DNA of 64,000 bases from Dehalococcoidia bacterium (GCA_965263165.1 OZ253584.1:2560747-2624746); one strand, 5' to 3'; shown: positions 49,363 to 59,841, counted from the stretch's first letter. Numbers and translations: made by a program. The notes: generated by a model from the sequence alone, not told the origin.

Positions 49363-50211
49363 GTGGGCCCCTTGCAATCTATCACTACCCCCACCCTGCG
49401 TCTCTCCGACCTGGACTTGGACTTCGTCTTGGAGCAGGTGACCGAAGGGAAGGGCAGCAGCGACAGCTTCCGCGAGCTGCTTCAGGACGATGAAGCATTC
49501 CACAGCGGTCTCGTGGGCGACCCACGGGTCTTCAGCCGCCTCATGGACGACGATGAGGCCTTTTTGCGCGTCTCCCCTGCCCTCTTCTTCGAAGTGCTGC
49601 TCCGCAAGGCCCGCTCCGAGCTCGAGAAGGCCACGCACACTATGGAGCGCACCGGCAAACAGGCTGTCCCCGTCTTCGATGCCCACAACGTTGTTGCCCT
49701 GCTGGACCAGCCCCGCGTCATCTACTATCTCGCCGACATGTTGGCCTCCTTCACGCGGGTCCGAAGCGGCGTGACCCGGGTGCGGGTGCGGCGGGGGTTG
49801 TGGCGCAAGGTCCGGTACAGCGACATGGATGTCGACGGACTTGTGAAGTACGGCGCGGCGCTTGAGGAGGAACAGCGGTTTCCCGTCTACAAGAGGATAG
49901 GCGACGTCTGTCTCTTCATCCTGGGCGTGTTCCCCGGACACGCTCCCACAGCCCACGGCCGCGCATCGCTGAGCGAGTCGCGGCCGCAGGGTTCCGGCAG
50001 AGCGCGCCGGGGAGCGGAGGAATACGAGGAGGACGGCCGTCGGTTCTACCGGCTGGCAGCCGAGCACCCGTCGGCCGGCGAGTTGAATGTCTCGGAGGTG
50101 CTTCACACCCTCCACGACCATTTCAGCGTCGCCAGAAAGCCGCTGACGTTCATAGCCGAGCATTACCTTCAGGGCATGAAGCGGCGGGTCTTCACCGGGG
50201 ACCATGAGTAG
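49363..50211 (+). CDS. Conserved-looking hypothetical protein
   Basis: 282 aa; TTGCGG-17-TACCAT promoter upstream; hairpin downstream. Confidence 0.75.
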   Translation: MGPLQSITTPTLRLSDLDLDFVLEQVTEGKGSSDSFRELLQDDEAFHSGLVGDPRVFSRLMDDDEAFLRVSPALFFEVLLRKARSELEKATHTMERTGKQAVPVFDAHNVVALLDQPRVIYYLADMLASFTRVRSGVTRVRVRRGLWRKVRYSDMDVDGLVKYGAALEEEQRFPVYKRIGDVCLFILGVFPGHAPTAHGRASLSESRPQGSGRARRGAEEYEEDGRRFYRLAAEHPSAGELNVSEVLHTLHDHFSVARKPLTFIAEHYLQGMKRRVFTGDHE

Positions 50212-50235
50212 GCCGCTGATTTTCGAAGACACCGA

Positions 50236-50266
50236 CAGAGGCCCCCGGCAATGCCGGGGGCCTCTG
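50236..50266. terminator. Hairpin between convergent genes (probable bidirectional terminator)
   Basis: Perfect 14-bp stem cagaggcccccggc/gccgggggcctctg. Confidence 0.7.
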
Positions 50267-50299
50267 GGCGTCCCTATACGATAAGCGCAGAGCGCTCGC

Positions 50300-51043
50300 C
50301 TACATCACGCTGCCGCCGGCGTCCACGTTGATTGTTTGACCATAGACGTGGGCGGCATCGTCGCTGGCGAGGAAGAGCGCCACCATTGCCTGCTCCTCGG
50401 GCAGTCCTGGCCGGCCCCCGATGACGTTCCGCGATGTCCTGTCCTCCATGGGAATCGTACCGCCGACCTGTGACCCAGTGATCCCTGGCGCTATGGCGTT
50501 GGCCCTGATGCCGTACTGGGCCAATTGCACAGCCAAGTCCATAGTGAGCGTAACGATTGCGCCCTTCGCCATGTCGTAGGCGACCCTGGACGTGCTGCCG
50601 CGGAAGGCGGACCCGGAGGAAAAGTTTACAATCGAGCCGCCGGTCCCCTGCTTCACCATCTGTTCGGCCACGTACTTGCAGGTGTAGTAGCTGCCGTGCA
50701 TCGTTACCTCGACTATGCGCAGGTACTCCTCGTCGGCCAGCTCCAGCATCGGCTGGCGGTCGGAGATGGCGGCGCAGTTGGTCAGGACGTCGATCTTGCC
50801 AAGCCGCTCCACCACAGTCGTCACCATGTTCTTGACCGAGTCCACGTTCTCCACCGGGCCGACGACGTAGGTACACTCGCCTCCCTGCGCCTCGATCTCT
50901 TCAGCCACGGCGGCGGCGCGGCCCTCATCGACGTCGAAGATGGCGATCCTGGCGCCCTCCTTGGCAAATAAGAGAGAGATTGCCCTGCCAATGTTGCGTC
51001 CACCCCCGACAATCACAGCGACCTTTCCGTCTAGTCTTCCCAT
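50300..51043 (-). CDS. SDR family oxidoreductase
   Basis: MGRLDGKVAVIVGGGRNIG, YDMAK. Confidence 0.9.
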   Translation of the reverse strand: MGRLDGKVAVIVGGGRNIGRAISLLFAKEGARIAIFDVDEGRAAAVAEEIEAQGGECTYVVGPVENVDSVKNMVTTVVERLGKIDVLTNCAAISDRQPMLELADEEYLRIVEVTMHGSYYTCKYVAEQMVKQGTGGSIVNFSSGSAFRGSTSRVAYDMAKGAIVTLTMDLAVQLAQYGIRANAIAPGITGSQVGGTIPMEDRTSRNVIGGRPGLPEEQAMVALFLASDDAAHVYGQTINVDAGGSVM

Positions 51044-51316
51044 TGTCCCCCTCCTGTGAGCTGTTTGTTCAGAGCCGGCGGAAACCCGGGGCTCCCGCCG
51101 CATGCGCCGGGATTGTATCCCCCTGCTTGCAGCCACGCAAGGAGACCGCCCTAGAGACGGCCTCGCGGCGCCGGGAGCCGCCGCCGGCGCCCACTTCAAT
51201 GACAGAATGCCTGGATGCTGGTACCTTGGCCGCGGCGTTGCGCCTTTCGAACTCCCCCGGCAAGCGGCGATGCGAGGGCGCCTGAAGGCGGGCAGTCCTC
51301 TTTTGTGAGGGTTTCC

Positions 51317-53032
51317 ATGGCAGTAGACCCCATCGTTTTCGAGATCATCAACTCCCGCATGCAGGGCATCGTCCGGGAGATGCAGATCGACACTTTCCGC
51401 ACCGGCTACTCCACCCTCATCCGCGAGACCCACGACCTTTCCTGCGGCCTCGTCGACAAGGAGGGGCGCGTGGTCGCCCAGTTCGCCGGCATCCCCATCC
51501 ACATGGGCTCCTACCCCGACTGCATCCAGGGTCTTTTCAAGTACTACCCCCCTGACCAGATCGAGGACGGGGACTGCTTCTTCGTCAATCACCCCTACGA
51601 GTCCGGCTGCGCCCACTCCCTCGACAGCGCCGCCATCGTCCCCATCTTCCACCACGACGACCTCGTGGCGTTCGGCATCGGCATTAGCCACAAGGGCGAC
51701 ATCGGCGGCCTAGCCCCCGGCAGCCGCGCCGCCAATGCCCGCGACCTCTTCGGCGAGGGCATGCAGGTTCCCCCCGTTAAGTACATGAGCCGCCACAGGG
51801 TCGTCAAGGAGACCGAGAACCTTATCTGGGCCAACACCCGCACCCCTGAACTGCTCCTAGGCGATTACAACTCCCAGGCCGGCCCCATGTGGAGCGTCGG
51901 CGCCCGCAGACTGACCGAGCTGATGGACCGCTACGGCAGGGACACGGTCCTAGAGGTGTTCGAAGAGGTGGGGCGGAAGACTGAGCAGCACCTGCGGGCG
52001 GAGATCTCCAAGTGGAAGGACGGCGTCTACGAGGCCGAGTCCTACCTCGACAACGACCTTGTGGATCTGGACACGCCGGTGCGCCTGAGCGTGAAGGTCA
52101 CCAAGGAAGGCTCGAACCTTCTGCTGGACTTCTCGGAGTCCGCCGACCAGAACCGGGGCCCGCTGAACGTCCGGCCCCCCATCATCCGGGGGAGTTGCCT
52201 CTACGCCATCGTGTCCATGATGGAATCACCGCCGGAGAACAACCACGGCGTCACCAGCGTCATCGATTACAAATTCCGGCCCGGCAGCGTCCTCGACCCC
52301 ATCTACCCCTCGCCTGTCGGCTTCTATGCCTACGTTCTCTGGGTGCTGGAAGATATGGTCATCCAGGCGCTATCGCAGGCCTCCGGCCGGCCGGCGCGCG
52401 CCAACCACGGCGCCAATGGGCTCTTCACCATGGGAAGCGTGGGGCCAGGCGGCCGGCCCATGGTGCACTATGAGTTGATGGCCGGCGGAAGCGGGGCCTA
52501 CGGCGGCGGCGACGGATGGACCGGCTGCGGCTACGGAGGCACGGGCCCGAAGATAACCTGCGTCGAAGTTATCGAAACAGAGTTTCCGGTGCGGATGGAG
52601 CAGTTCAGGACAGTGCCGGACTCGGCGGGCGCCGGCAAATTCCGGGGAGGCAATGCCCATTTCCGGGACTACCGGATTCTGGCCGGGGGCCGTTACTCCG
52701 GCGGCGGCAGCCGCTACCGGGTTCCGCCAAGGGGGATGAATGGGGGCGGCGACGGGGCTGTGGGCTTTATCGTGGTCAATCCAGGAACAGACAACGAGGC
52801 GCGCTACAGAAACCTGGTGTCCAATGTGCAGCTCAATAGCGGCGATCTGCTTCGCATCTCCACGGGCAGCGGCGGAGGCGTGGGCAATCCCAAGGAGCGG
52901 GACCCGGCCCGGGTAGTCGAGGATCTGAAGGATGGCTACGTCACGCCGGAGACGGCCGCAACGGTCTACGGCCTTGCCAGGGAAAGCATCGAAGAGGCCC
53001 TAGCCTGGAATGCTCCGCATCCGCATGAATGA
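51317..53032 (+). CDS. Hydantoinase B/oxoprolinase family protein
   Basis: GYSTLIRE..D.SCG, NHPY...HSLD, DSAGAGKFRGG, GGGVGNP.ERDP. Confidence 0.9.
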   Translation: MAVDPIVFEIINSRMQGIVREMQIDTFRTGYSTLIRETHDLSCGLVDKEGRVVAQFAGIPIHMGSYPDCIQGLFKYYPPDQIEDGDCFFVNHPYESGCAHSLDSAAIVPIFHHDDLVAFGIGISHKGDIGGLAPGSRAANARDLFGEGMQVPPVKYMSRHRVVKETENLIWANTRTPELLLGDYNSQAGPMWSVGARRLTELMDRYGRDTVLEVFEEVGRKTEQHLRAEISKWKDGVYEAESYLDNDLVDLDTPVRLSVKVTKEGSNLLLDFSESADQNRGPLNVRPPIIRGSCLYAIVSMMESPPENNHGVTSVIDYKFRPGSVLDPIYPSPVGFYAYVLWVLEDMVIQALSQASGRPARANHGANGLFTMGSVGPGGRPMVHYELMAGGSGAYGGGDGWTGCGYGGTGPKITCVEVIETEFPVRMEQFRTVPDSAGAGKFRGGNAHFRDYRILAGGRYSGGGSRYRVPPRGMNGGGDGAVGFIVVNPGTDNEARYRNLVSNVQLNSGDLLRISTGSGGGVGNPKERDPARVVEDLKDGYVTPETAATVYGLARESIEEALAWNAPHPHE

Positions 53033-53232
53033 AAAGCAAGAGAGTGAGCCACAACCGGCACAGCGGTGGTGGGTGGACTGGGTGGTATACTCCGTCTCGG
53101 CCAGCCGGCTCAGCGGGCCTGCCGCCAGTGAGCAGCGCCCGAGGGCTGGGCAGGCGCGGGCATGAACAAGCCCCTTAGGAGTCGGAGTAGGACGCGAAGC
53201 GGGATACCTTGGACGGAGTGACGGCGTAACCA

Positions 53233-53988
53233 ATGAACAGACTTCAGGACACCGTAGCGATCATCACCGGGGCCAGCCGGGGCATCGGCAGGGCAGTTGC
53301 CTTGGAATTTGCCAGGGAGGGAGCGGACGTCGTCGTGGTGGGGGCCACCGACGCGGCGGCGGCGCAGGAGGTGGCCAGCGCCGTCGAGGCGCTGGGTCGG
53401 GAAGCGCTTACCGTCATGGCCGACGTTTCGCAGAGAGCCGAGGTTGACGCCTTCGTCAAAGGGGCGCTGGACAGGTTTGGCAAGATCGACATCCTCGTCA
53501 ACAACGCTGGCATCATCAGCCCCGTTCCGCTGCTGGACATGCCGGAAAGCCAATGGGACCGCACCATGGAGGTCCACCTCAAGGGGACGTTCAACTGCAC
53601 GCAGTCGGTGGGCCGGCACATGAAGGAGCGGGGCGGAGGCAAGATCATCAACGTCGCCGCCCCGGCGGCCCTGCGGGGTTCCCCACTGGGCGTTTCCGAC
53701 TACGCCGCAGCCAAGGGCGGCATCATTGCCTTCACCAAGAATGCCGCCAGGGAGCTGGCCCCATTCCGGGTGTGCGTGAACTGCATCAGCCCCGCGGTCT
53801 ACACGCGGATGACGGACAGCCTGATGGAGGTCGACCACTCCACCCTGGAGGAGAGGCACAGCCGCGTTCCTTTGGGTTGGTTCGGCCAGCCGGAGGATGC
53901 CGCTCCGGCCTTCGTGTTCTTTGCCTCGAAGGACGCCGACTATATCACCGGCCAACTCCTGTCAGTGGACGGCGGAACGACGGCCTGA
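53233..53988 (+). CDS. SDR (FabG-like) oxidoreductase
   Basis: TGASRGIG, NNAG, YAAAK. Confidence 0.92.
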   Translation: MNRLQDTVAIITGASRGIGRAVALEFAREGADVVVVGATDAAAAQEVASAVEALGREALTVMADVSQRAEVDAFVKGALDRFGKIDILVNNAGIISPVPLLDMPESQWDRTMEVHLKGTFNCTQSVGRHMKERGGGKIINVAAPAALRGSPLGVSDYAAAKGGIIAFTKNAARELAPFRVCVNCISPAVYTRMTDSLMEVDHSTLEERHSRVPLGWFGQPEDAAPAFVFFASKDADYITGQLLSVDGGTTA

Positions 53989-53992
53989 ATCC

Positions 53993-55204
53993 CTACGTTT
54001 CGAGCCGCTCAATCGTCTCGGCTGCCGCCCTAATCCTGCCGTCGCGCACCCTCGTCGCGGCAACCAGGGCACCAATGGCGGCGGCCGCCAGGCACGTGAA
54101 CCCGATTGCCTCGTAACCCCCGAAGGCGAGAGCGAGGCCGCCCAAGGCCGGGCCGAGCATTGCCCCACCCTGGTTGCTAAAGGCTGGGACGTTCATCGCA
54201 GTGCCTTGGAGTTTGCGCCCACCTATCAGGGACAGAAAGGTGTGAAACATGGTGAAGGGGGCGAAGATGGTGATGGTGAACAGCAGACCCAGCCCCACCA
54301 ACAGCCACAGGGGCATCCCCATGACGAATATCATCAGGGCAAGAGTACCACTGACGGCCATCCCCACAGGCATAACCTTGGAGCGATGGCGGCTGTCGGC
54401 GAGATAGCCCACCAGGGCCGGAGAGAGCACCGTACCGGCGCCGATGATGGCCACCGGTAGCGCCGTTCCCCCCGTGGACAGGTCCTGGCTGACTATCAGA
54501 TAGGCTGCGAAATAAGTCGAGAAGCTGAAGTAAGCGATCCTGTGGGTTATGTTGACGAGGCTCAGGTCCCAGATAATGCCAAGCCGGACCAGAGGCGCGA
54601 ACCTCGAGAATATGCCGCCGGAGGGTCCAACGGGCGGCGGGTTGGGAAGCCACAGGAACACGAAGGCCCAGGCTACTGCCGTGATCGCGGCTGCCGTGTA
54701 GAAGCTGGCGCGCCACCCCGCCAATTCACCGGCCAGCGTCGTCACCGGAACGCCGACTACGATGGCCAGTCCTCCCGTGGCGCTCATCCAGCCCAACGCC
54801 TTTCCCCGGTTTGCCGGCGGCACGTAGTCCGCCAAGAAGGCCGAGTAGGTGGGCGGTATGAGCCCTCCGAGCCCCGTCAACGCCCGGAAGAACATCGCCG
54901 CTGCGAAGGTCCAGGACATGGCCATGCCGAGCACGCCAACCATGGTGGCGCTCAGCCCTATGAGCAGGATCTTCTTGCGCCCGTAGCGGTCGGAGAAGTA
55001 CCCCGCCGAACCGGCTACGAAGAGCCACACGCCCGCCGTCACGGTGTTGAATTGGCCGGCGACGGCCACCCCGACCCCCAGGTCGTCGGAAATGTCGACG
55101 AGGAGAGGGCCCATCATGAACACGACGAGCTGGATGATGAAGATTCCTGACCCGGCAGCGGCTACCAGGAACACGAATCCCGGGGATTTCCTCTCTGGGC
55201 GCAT
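53993..55204 (-). CDS. MFS transporter
   Basis: About 12 hydrophobic segments; GYFSDRYGRK motif A. Confidence 0.85.
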   Translation of the reverse strand: MRPERKSPGFVFLVAAAGSGIFIIQLVVFMMGPLLVDISDDLGVGVAVAGQFNTVTAGVWLFVAGSAGYFSDRYGRKKILLIGLSATMVGVLGMAMSWTFAAAMFFRALTGLGGLIPPTYSAFLADYVPPANRGKALGWMSATGGLAIVVGVPVTTLAGELAGWRASFYTAAAITAVAWAFVFLWLPNPPPVGPSGGIFSRFAPLVRLGIIWDLSLVNITHRIAYFSFSTYFAAYLIVSQDLSTGGTALPVAIIGAGTVLSPALVGYLADSRHRSKVMPVGMAVSGTLALMIFVMGMPLWLLVGLGLLFTITIFAPFTMFHTFLSLIGGRKLQGTAMNVPAFSNQGGAMLGPALGGLALAFGGYEAIGFTCLAAAAIGALVAATRVRDGRIRAAAETIERLET

Positions 55205-55426
55205 AAGGGGCACGTTGGTCTGGGGCTTTGCTCGCTCTGCGAGAGCGCTGGGCCTCCTCACGTTACTGTGCGGGAGGGGCCGGCAACAAGGGCGAGCCAT
55301 CGGACGGCGCGGGAGACGCCAGGTCCGCTCGGCGTTCACCCACGCCCTTAGACTGACGCCAGTCCCTCCCTGGCGTACACTGGACGCTCTGGAGGCGCCG
55401 CCCAAACCAACGGAGGTAGACGCGCA

Positions 55427-56371
55427 ATGACCGATCTGAAGCTGAAAACCGCCATCGTCACCCGAGGACACACCGAGGCGCTCAAGGACGGGGCAGTCAG
55501 ACCCAAGACGTTCGACTTCGACTTTGAAGAGGTTCCCGTGATCATCCAGGCCTTCCGCCGCATGGTGCGCGGGCTGGAGTTCGACATCACCGAGATGGCC
55601 ATCACCACCTACATCTGCGCCCGCGCCCACGGGAAGCCGCTCACGGCGATTCCGGTGTTCCTTATGCGGCAGTTTCACCACGGCGCCATCCTGTATAACA
55701 CGGAGGCCGGGATTCACAGCCCCAGGGATCTGGAGGGCAAGAGGGTAGGCGTAAACCGGGGCTACACCGTCACGGGAGGCCTGTGGGCCCGCAGCATCCT
55801 CCAGCACGAGCACGGCGTGGACCTGAATAGCATCACGTGGGTGCTTTCCGGCGATGAACACGTGGCCGAATACCAGGCCCCTCCAAACGTTGTGCCCATC
55901 GAGGAGGGCGGGAAGCTGGAGGAAATGCTGGCCACCGGGGAGATTCCCGCCGCCATAGGCGTCCAGGTGGATGCTCCCAATGTAAGGCCCCTCATCCCCA
56001 ACGCCCTGGACGCGGGCCTCGATGCCGTTCGCCTACGGGGCCTCTACCCCATCAACCACACGCTTGTGGTCAAGAACGAGCTCCTAGCAGCCAACCCCAG
56101 CCTCGCCGCCGATGTGTTCGACGCGTTTGCCGAGGCCAAGCGTCTCTACATGGAGCGCCTGAAGGGAGGCGCTCTACAGGCGCCGTCTCAGGAGGACGAG
56201 ATAAACCGCAGGGTGATGGAGATCACCGGCGACCCCCTGCCCTACGGCATCGAGTCGAACCGGGTGGTCTTGGAGGCGATCCTGGAATACTGCGTGGAGC
56301 AGCGCATCCTTTCCGAACCTGTCGCCGTGGAGGACCTCTTCGCCGCGGGGACCCACGGCCTTACTGCTTAG
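55427..56371 (+). CDS. 4,5-dihydroxyphthalate decarboxylase (PhtD)-like / ABC substrate-binding fold protein
   Basis: EMAITTY, PVFLMRQFHH, DLEGKRVG, YPINH. Confidence 0.8.
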   Translation: MTDLKLKTAIVTRGHTEALKDGAVRPKTFDFDFEEVPVIIQAFRRMVRGLEFDITEMAITTYICARAHGKPLTAIPVFLMRQFHHGAILYNTEAGIHSPRDLEGKRVGVNRGYTVTGGLWARSILQHEHGVDLNSITWVLSGDEHVAEYQAPPNVVPIEEGGKLEEMLATGEIPAAIGVQVDAPNVRPLIPNALDAGLDAVRLRGLYPINHTLVVKNELLAANPSLAADVFDAFAEAKRLYMERLKGGALQAPSQEDEINRRVMEITGDPLPYGIESNRVVLEAILEYCVEQRILSEPVAVEDLFAAGTHGLTA

Positions 56372-56391
56372 AGGCAGCGGGAACTGCGCGG

Positions 56392-57255
56392 TTACGGCGC
56401 CGCGGTGGCCACTGCGTTCAGGAAGTCCAGCACGCGCGCCGGGGCCGTCTGCTCCGTCTGTTCCTCCACGGGGGCGTCCCAGTACTCGGCGCGGGGCAGG
56501 CACTCCTCCAGGTAGCGGGCCGCGGAGGTGGCGTGGTTGTCGTCGCGGCCTGGGATCACGAGGGCGGGAACATCGAGCCTGAGCAAGTCTTCCGGCTCAG
56601 CGCCTGGTGCCGAGTCCCTGTCCATCAGGGCGCGGCCCATGGCTATCACCAGAAGCGTGTAGCGCCCCACGTCCTGCTGCGCGTAGGAGCTTGCGAAGGC
56701 TGGGTCGCGGGCGATGACGGCGCCCCAGGGGCCGACGCGCGGGTCCATCCCGAAGGTCTTGCCCTCGTCTGAAGCCAGGGAGACGACACCCGCCAGGCCC
56801 TCCCGCTGAACGTAGGCCAAGTGCTCGGCGAATCGGAGGTTGCCGTTGATGCGGTACTTGGCGCCACCGACCGGCCAGTACAACACGAGGCTTAGCGTCG
56901 TCTCGGGATGGGCGACGCCAAAGGCCATGGCCGGAGAGCAGCCCATGCAGCCGCCCATGACGTGGGCGCGTTCAATGTTGAGTCGCTCCAGCAACCCCCG
57001 CCCCTGCCTGGCGTAGTGCTCCCATGAAATCCGCTCGACCCTGCCCCCCGATTCCCCCGCCTCGCGCCGGTCGAACATGATGCAGGCGTAACTTTGCGAC
57101 AGGTGGTCCAGGATCTTGGTGCGGCTGTAGGCGCCCAATGTGCGCCACTTTCCCATGGTGGCGTCGAAGCCCCCGGGCGAGAACATGAGCAGCGGCTGCC
57201 CAGAGCCAACCACCTCATAGCGGGTCATGATGCCGTCGATGTTCTCGGTGGGCAT
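56392..57255 (-). CDS. Alpha/beta hydrolase with a Cys at the nucleophile elbow
   Basis: GGCMG in place of GxSxG; DNH near the C-terminus. Confidence 0.8.
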   Translation of the reverse strand: MPTENIDGIMTRYEVVGSGQPLLMFSPGGFDATMGKWRTLGAYSRTKILDHLSQSYACIMFDRREAGESGGRVERISWEHYARQGRGLLERLNIERAHVMGGCMGCSPAMAFGVAHPETTLSLVLYWPVGGAKYRINGNLRFAEHLAYVQREGLAGVVSLASDEGKTFGMDPRVGPWGAVIARDPAFASSYAQQDVGRYTLLVIAMGRALMDRDSAPGAEPEDLLRLDVPALVIPGRDDNHATSAARYLEECLPRAEYWDAPVEEQTEQTAPARVLDFLNAVATAAP

Positions 57256-57389
57256 GGTCTACCTCCCTGGTCTTGTATCAGGCGCATGCAACGGATGTCG
57301 CGGCCAACGCGCGCGTCCGGCGCCAAGGGAGCGCCAACCGCTTCAGGAAGCAGCGGAAGAGCCTCTAGAATACGTCAGGAGGGTGACGC

Positions 57390-58211
57390 CTAGGCGGGTG
57401 GGGTGACCGGTGGAGCGCCTCGAATCTGGCGTCCCGCTCTGACATCGTCAGCGTATGCGCTCACGGCGTCGAGGGCTGTGCGGGCGACGTTTGCGTAACG
57501 CTCCGTGGTGTCGTCGATGGCGCTGGCCGTATAGCCGATGGCGGCGAAGGTCGCCCTTACGCGTCCGTCCAGCCACGGTCCGCCGCCAAGCCCGCCTATC
57601 ACGGGAACAGAAATGGCCTGGGTGACGTAAGGCCCAGCCACGGGCCCTGAGTTGGTGAAGTCCAGCATGAAGGCTCCCGCCTCTTCCGCGACCCTCGCCT
57701 CCTGGAGAAGGCGCTCCTTCATGCCGGTGGCCATCTCCGGGCCGGCCTTGCTCATGCCGCCGTATTGGAGCGCCGTTTGAGGCGTTATGCCGAACTGTCC
57801 CCATACCGGAATACCTGCGCGGGTTATGGCCCGCACGGCCTCGGGGAAGCTGGGGGCGCCGTCCAGTTTGACCATGTCGGCCCCACCCTCCTTGACCAGC
57901 CGGATGGCCGCCCGCACCGCCTCTCGAGGTCCTTCCTGCAAGGGGCCGAAGGGGAAGTCACAGCTCACCAAAGCCCTCTTCACGCCGCGGCGGACGGCCC
58001 GGCACGCCAGCACCATCTGGTCCATGGTGACCTCCAACTCGCTGGACTGGCCCCAGAGGTTCGCGCCCACGGAGTCGCCAACAGAGACGAGATCCACCCC
58101 AGCCCGGTCGACGATCTGCGCCATCTGGTAGTCATAAGCCACGACCGCCACGATCTTCCGGCCGTCGCGTTTCATCTGCTGAAGGGTTGGTATGGTGACG
58201 TTGGCCGCCAT
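57390..58211 (-). CDS. PanB-like (ketopantoate hydroxymethyltransferase fold), divergent
   Basis: AYDY, VGDS, DFPFG, VKLDG, GITPQ. Confidence 0.8.
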   Translation of the reverse strand: MAANVTIPTLQQMKRDGRKIVAVVAYDYQMAQIVDRAGVDLVSVGDSVGANLWGQSSELEVTMDQMVLACRAVRRGVKRALVSCDFPFGPLQEGPREAVRAAIRLVKEGGADMVKLDGAPSFPEAVRAITRAGIPVWGQFGITPQTALQYGGMSKAGPEMATGMKERLLQEARVAEEAGAFMLDFTNSGPVAGPYVTQAISVPVIGGLGGGPWLDGRVRATFAAIGYTASAIDDTTERYANVARTALDAVSAYADDVRAGRQIRGAPPVTPPA

Positions 58212-58315
58212 TGCTCTCCGTGTGGGCGTTCCCTATCGCGATGTTGCAGGACGATAGCTTTAGCAGGCGCGTCCTAGATGTCGTTCCTATCGAGGTTGTT
58301 GCGCGGGGCCCCCAT

Positions 58316-58352
58316 CCTAGCCTTCCTCCGTAGCCGGGGAAGGGACGAGAGG
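58316..58352. repeat. REP-like family A copy
   Basis: cctagccttcctccgtagccggggaagggacgagagg. Confidence 0.65.
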
Positions 58353-58395
58353 ATTCTTCCGCCTGGCGCCCGTGGCAACGTCCCTGGGAAGCGCG

Positions 58396-59682
58396 CTAGA
58401 ACGGCGCCCCCGCTGGGTACATGAGGTCCTTGAGGGAGTCCAACCAATCGGCGTCCGTTGGCAGCACCCGCTCAATGGCGCGAATCTCGTAGTAGGACCT
58501 GTCGGCGCCGGGAGGGCTGCCGCCGTCGGCCACCGTCCTCGTCGCGTCGAGGAGCAGCTTTCGCGCCGCAATGACCGCTTTGTCCGTTTGCCCCAATCGC
58601 TCCTTGCTTCTATCGGTGATGCGTTCCATCGACTCCTGGACGGCCCGGTCCTGCTGGTTGACGCCCTCTATGCCGGTGAAGTTCTCCGTCCGTTGCACCT
58701 CCCGGTCGATGCCCCAACTGTTGCTCTTGCTAAATTGGGGGTGCGGGCGAAAGCCGTTTTGCTCGTCGATGAATACAGGGCCGTTGCCCCAAAACGACTC
58801 GTCCCGTTCGCTGTCGTCCAGGGGGTTGTCCAGGCTGTAGTACCAGTTCCAGACCATGCAGTTCTCGTCGTCCACGGGAACCCACACGTGCCCTGCCATC
58901 TTGAACTTCTTCATAGAGCCGTCGTCGGTGAACTCCTGAATGGCGCGGATTTGATGGTGCGGCATGACGTAGTGGTATGTCCGAACGTATTTCTCACCGC
59001 TGTCCTTCAGGGGCCGCAGGGAGGCATAGGTGAAGCCATAGGGAGTCAACTTGACGTCGAGCTTGGCCGCTGTCACCTGCGCCCGGAGCCCGCCCAGGCC
59101 TGCGCGGTTGCCGCTGATCTTGCGGTGGAGGAAGGATGAGTGTATGGAGTCGATGCCGCCCTCCAGCGCTTGGAGCCAGTTGCACTCCTGAAGGGACTTG
59201 GAGACGTGGAGGTGGCTCTCCGGCTGGCGCGTCCACTCGAAGCTGGGCGGCGGCGGCGCCTGCTCCTCCGGCCCCAGGTAGGCCCAGATGACGCCTCCCA
59301 ACTCCTGGGTCGCATACCCAGCGATCTTCACCTTGTGCTTGAAGTCGTACTCCGGCAGCTCATTCGGCATGTCAACGCACTGGCCGGTGACGTCGAACTT
59401 CCAGCCGTGGAATACGCATCGCAGCCCATCTTCTTCGTTGCGGCCTAGCCACAGCGACGTCCGGCGGTGAGGGCAACGCTCATCGATCAGGCCCACGCGC
59501 CCGTTGGTGTCCCGGAAGGCCACAAGGTCCTCGCCAAGGAGTCGGACGCGCACGGGAGGGCAGTCCGGCTCGGGAACCTCCCAGGACATCAGCACCGGCT
59601 GCCAGTAGCGGCGCATCAACTCCCCCATGGGAGCGCCCGGCCCCACTCTGGTGACCGCTTCGTTATCGGCTACAGACAACAT
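58396..59682 (-). CDS. Rieske non-heme iron oxygenase alpha subunit (phthalate 4,5-dioxygenase/LigX-like)
   Basis: CPHR...CVFHGW Rieske motif; DSIHSSFLH mononuclear iron motif; PGAPMGELMRRYW N-terminus. Confidence 0.92.
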   Translation of the reverse strand: MLSVADNEAVTRVGPGAPMGELMRRYWQPVLMSWEVPEPDCPPVRVRLLGEDLVAFRDTNGRVGLIDERCPHRRTSLWLGRNEEDGLRCVFHGWKFDVTGQCVDMPNELPEYDFKHKVKIAGYATQELGGVIWAYLGPEEQAPPPPSFEWTRQPESHLHVSKSLQECNWLQALEGGIDSIHSSFLHRKISGNRAGLGGLRAQVTAAKLDVKLTPYGFTYASLRPLKDSGEKYVRTYHYVMPHHQIRAIQEFTDDGSMKKFKMAGHVWVPVDDENCMVWNWYYSLDNPLDDSERDESFWGNGPVFIDEQNGFRPHPQFSKSNSWGIDREVQRTENFTGIEGVNQQDRAVQESMERITDRSKERLGQTDKAVIAARKLLLDATRTVADGGSPPGADRSYYEIRAIERVLPTDADWLDSLKDLMYPAGAPF

Positions 59683-59841
59683 CCAACACCTCCGCTCGAT
59701 CCGGCGCAGAACAGGGCTCCGCATGCCTCATCCGCACAGGGCCATTGTAGATTATCCGCCCCAAGCCTTCCACGGGCCTCGGGCGGGGACGTCTGACCGC
59801 TGACCGCCCGGACGCCCGCCCGGCTTGGGGGAAGGGCCGGA

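Noticed and set aside
50300-51691. 463-aa extended SDR
   Set aside because: The extension overlaps the divergent hydantoinase B gene; the SDR has its own RBS and ATG at 51043.
53993-55861. 622-aa fusion ORF including the MFS
   Set aside because: The N-terminal part is antisense to the PhtD-like gene at 55427; the real MFS starts near 55204.
57335-57360. SRP RNA motif (ggaagcagc)
   Set aside because: Lacks the CAGG-NCC-GNRA-GGN helix 8 context.
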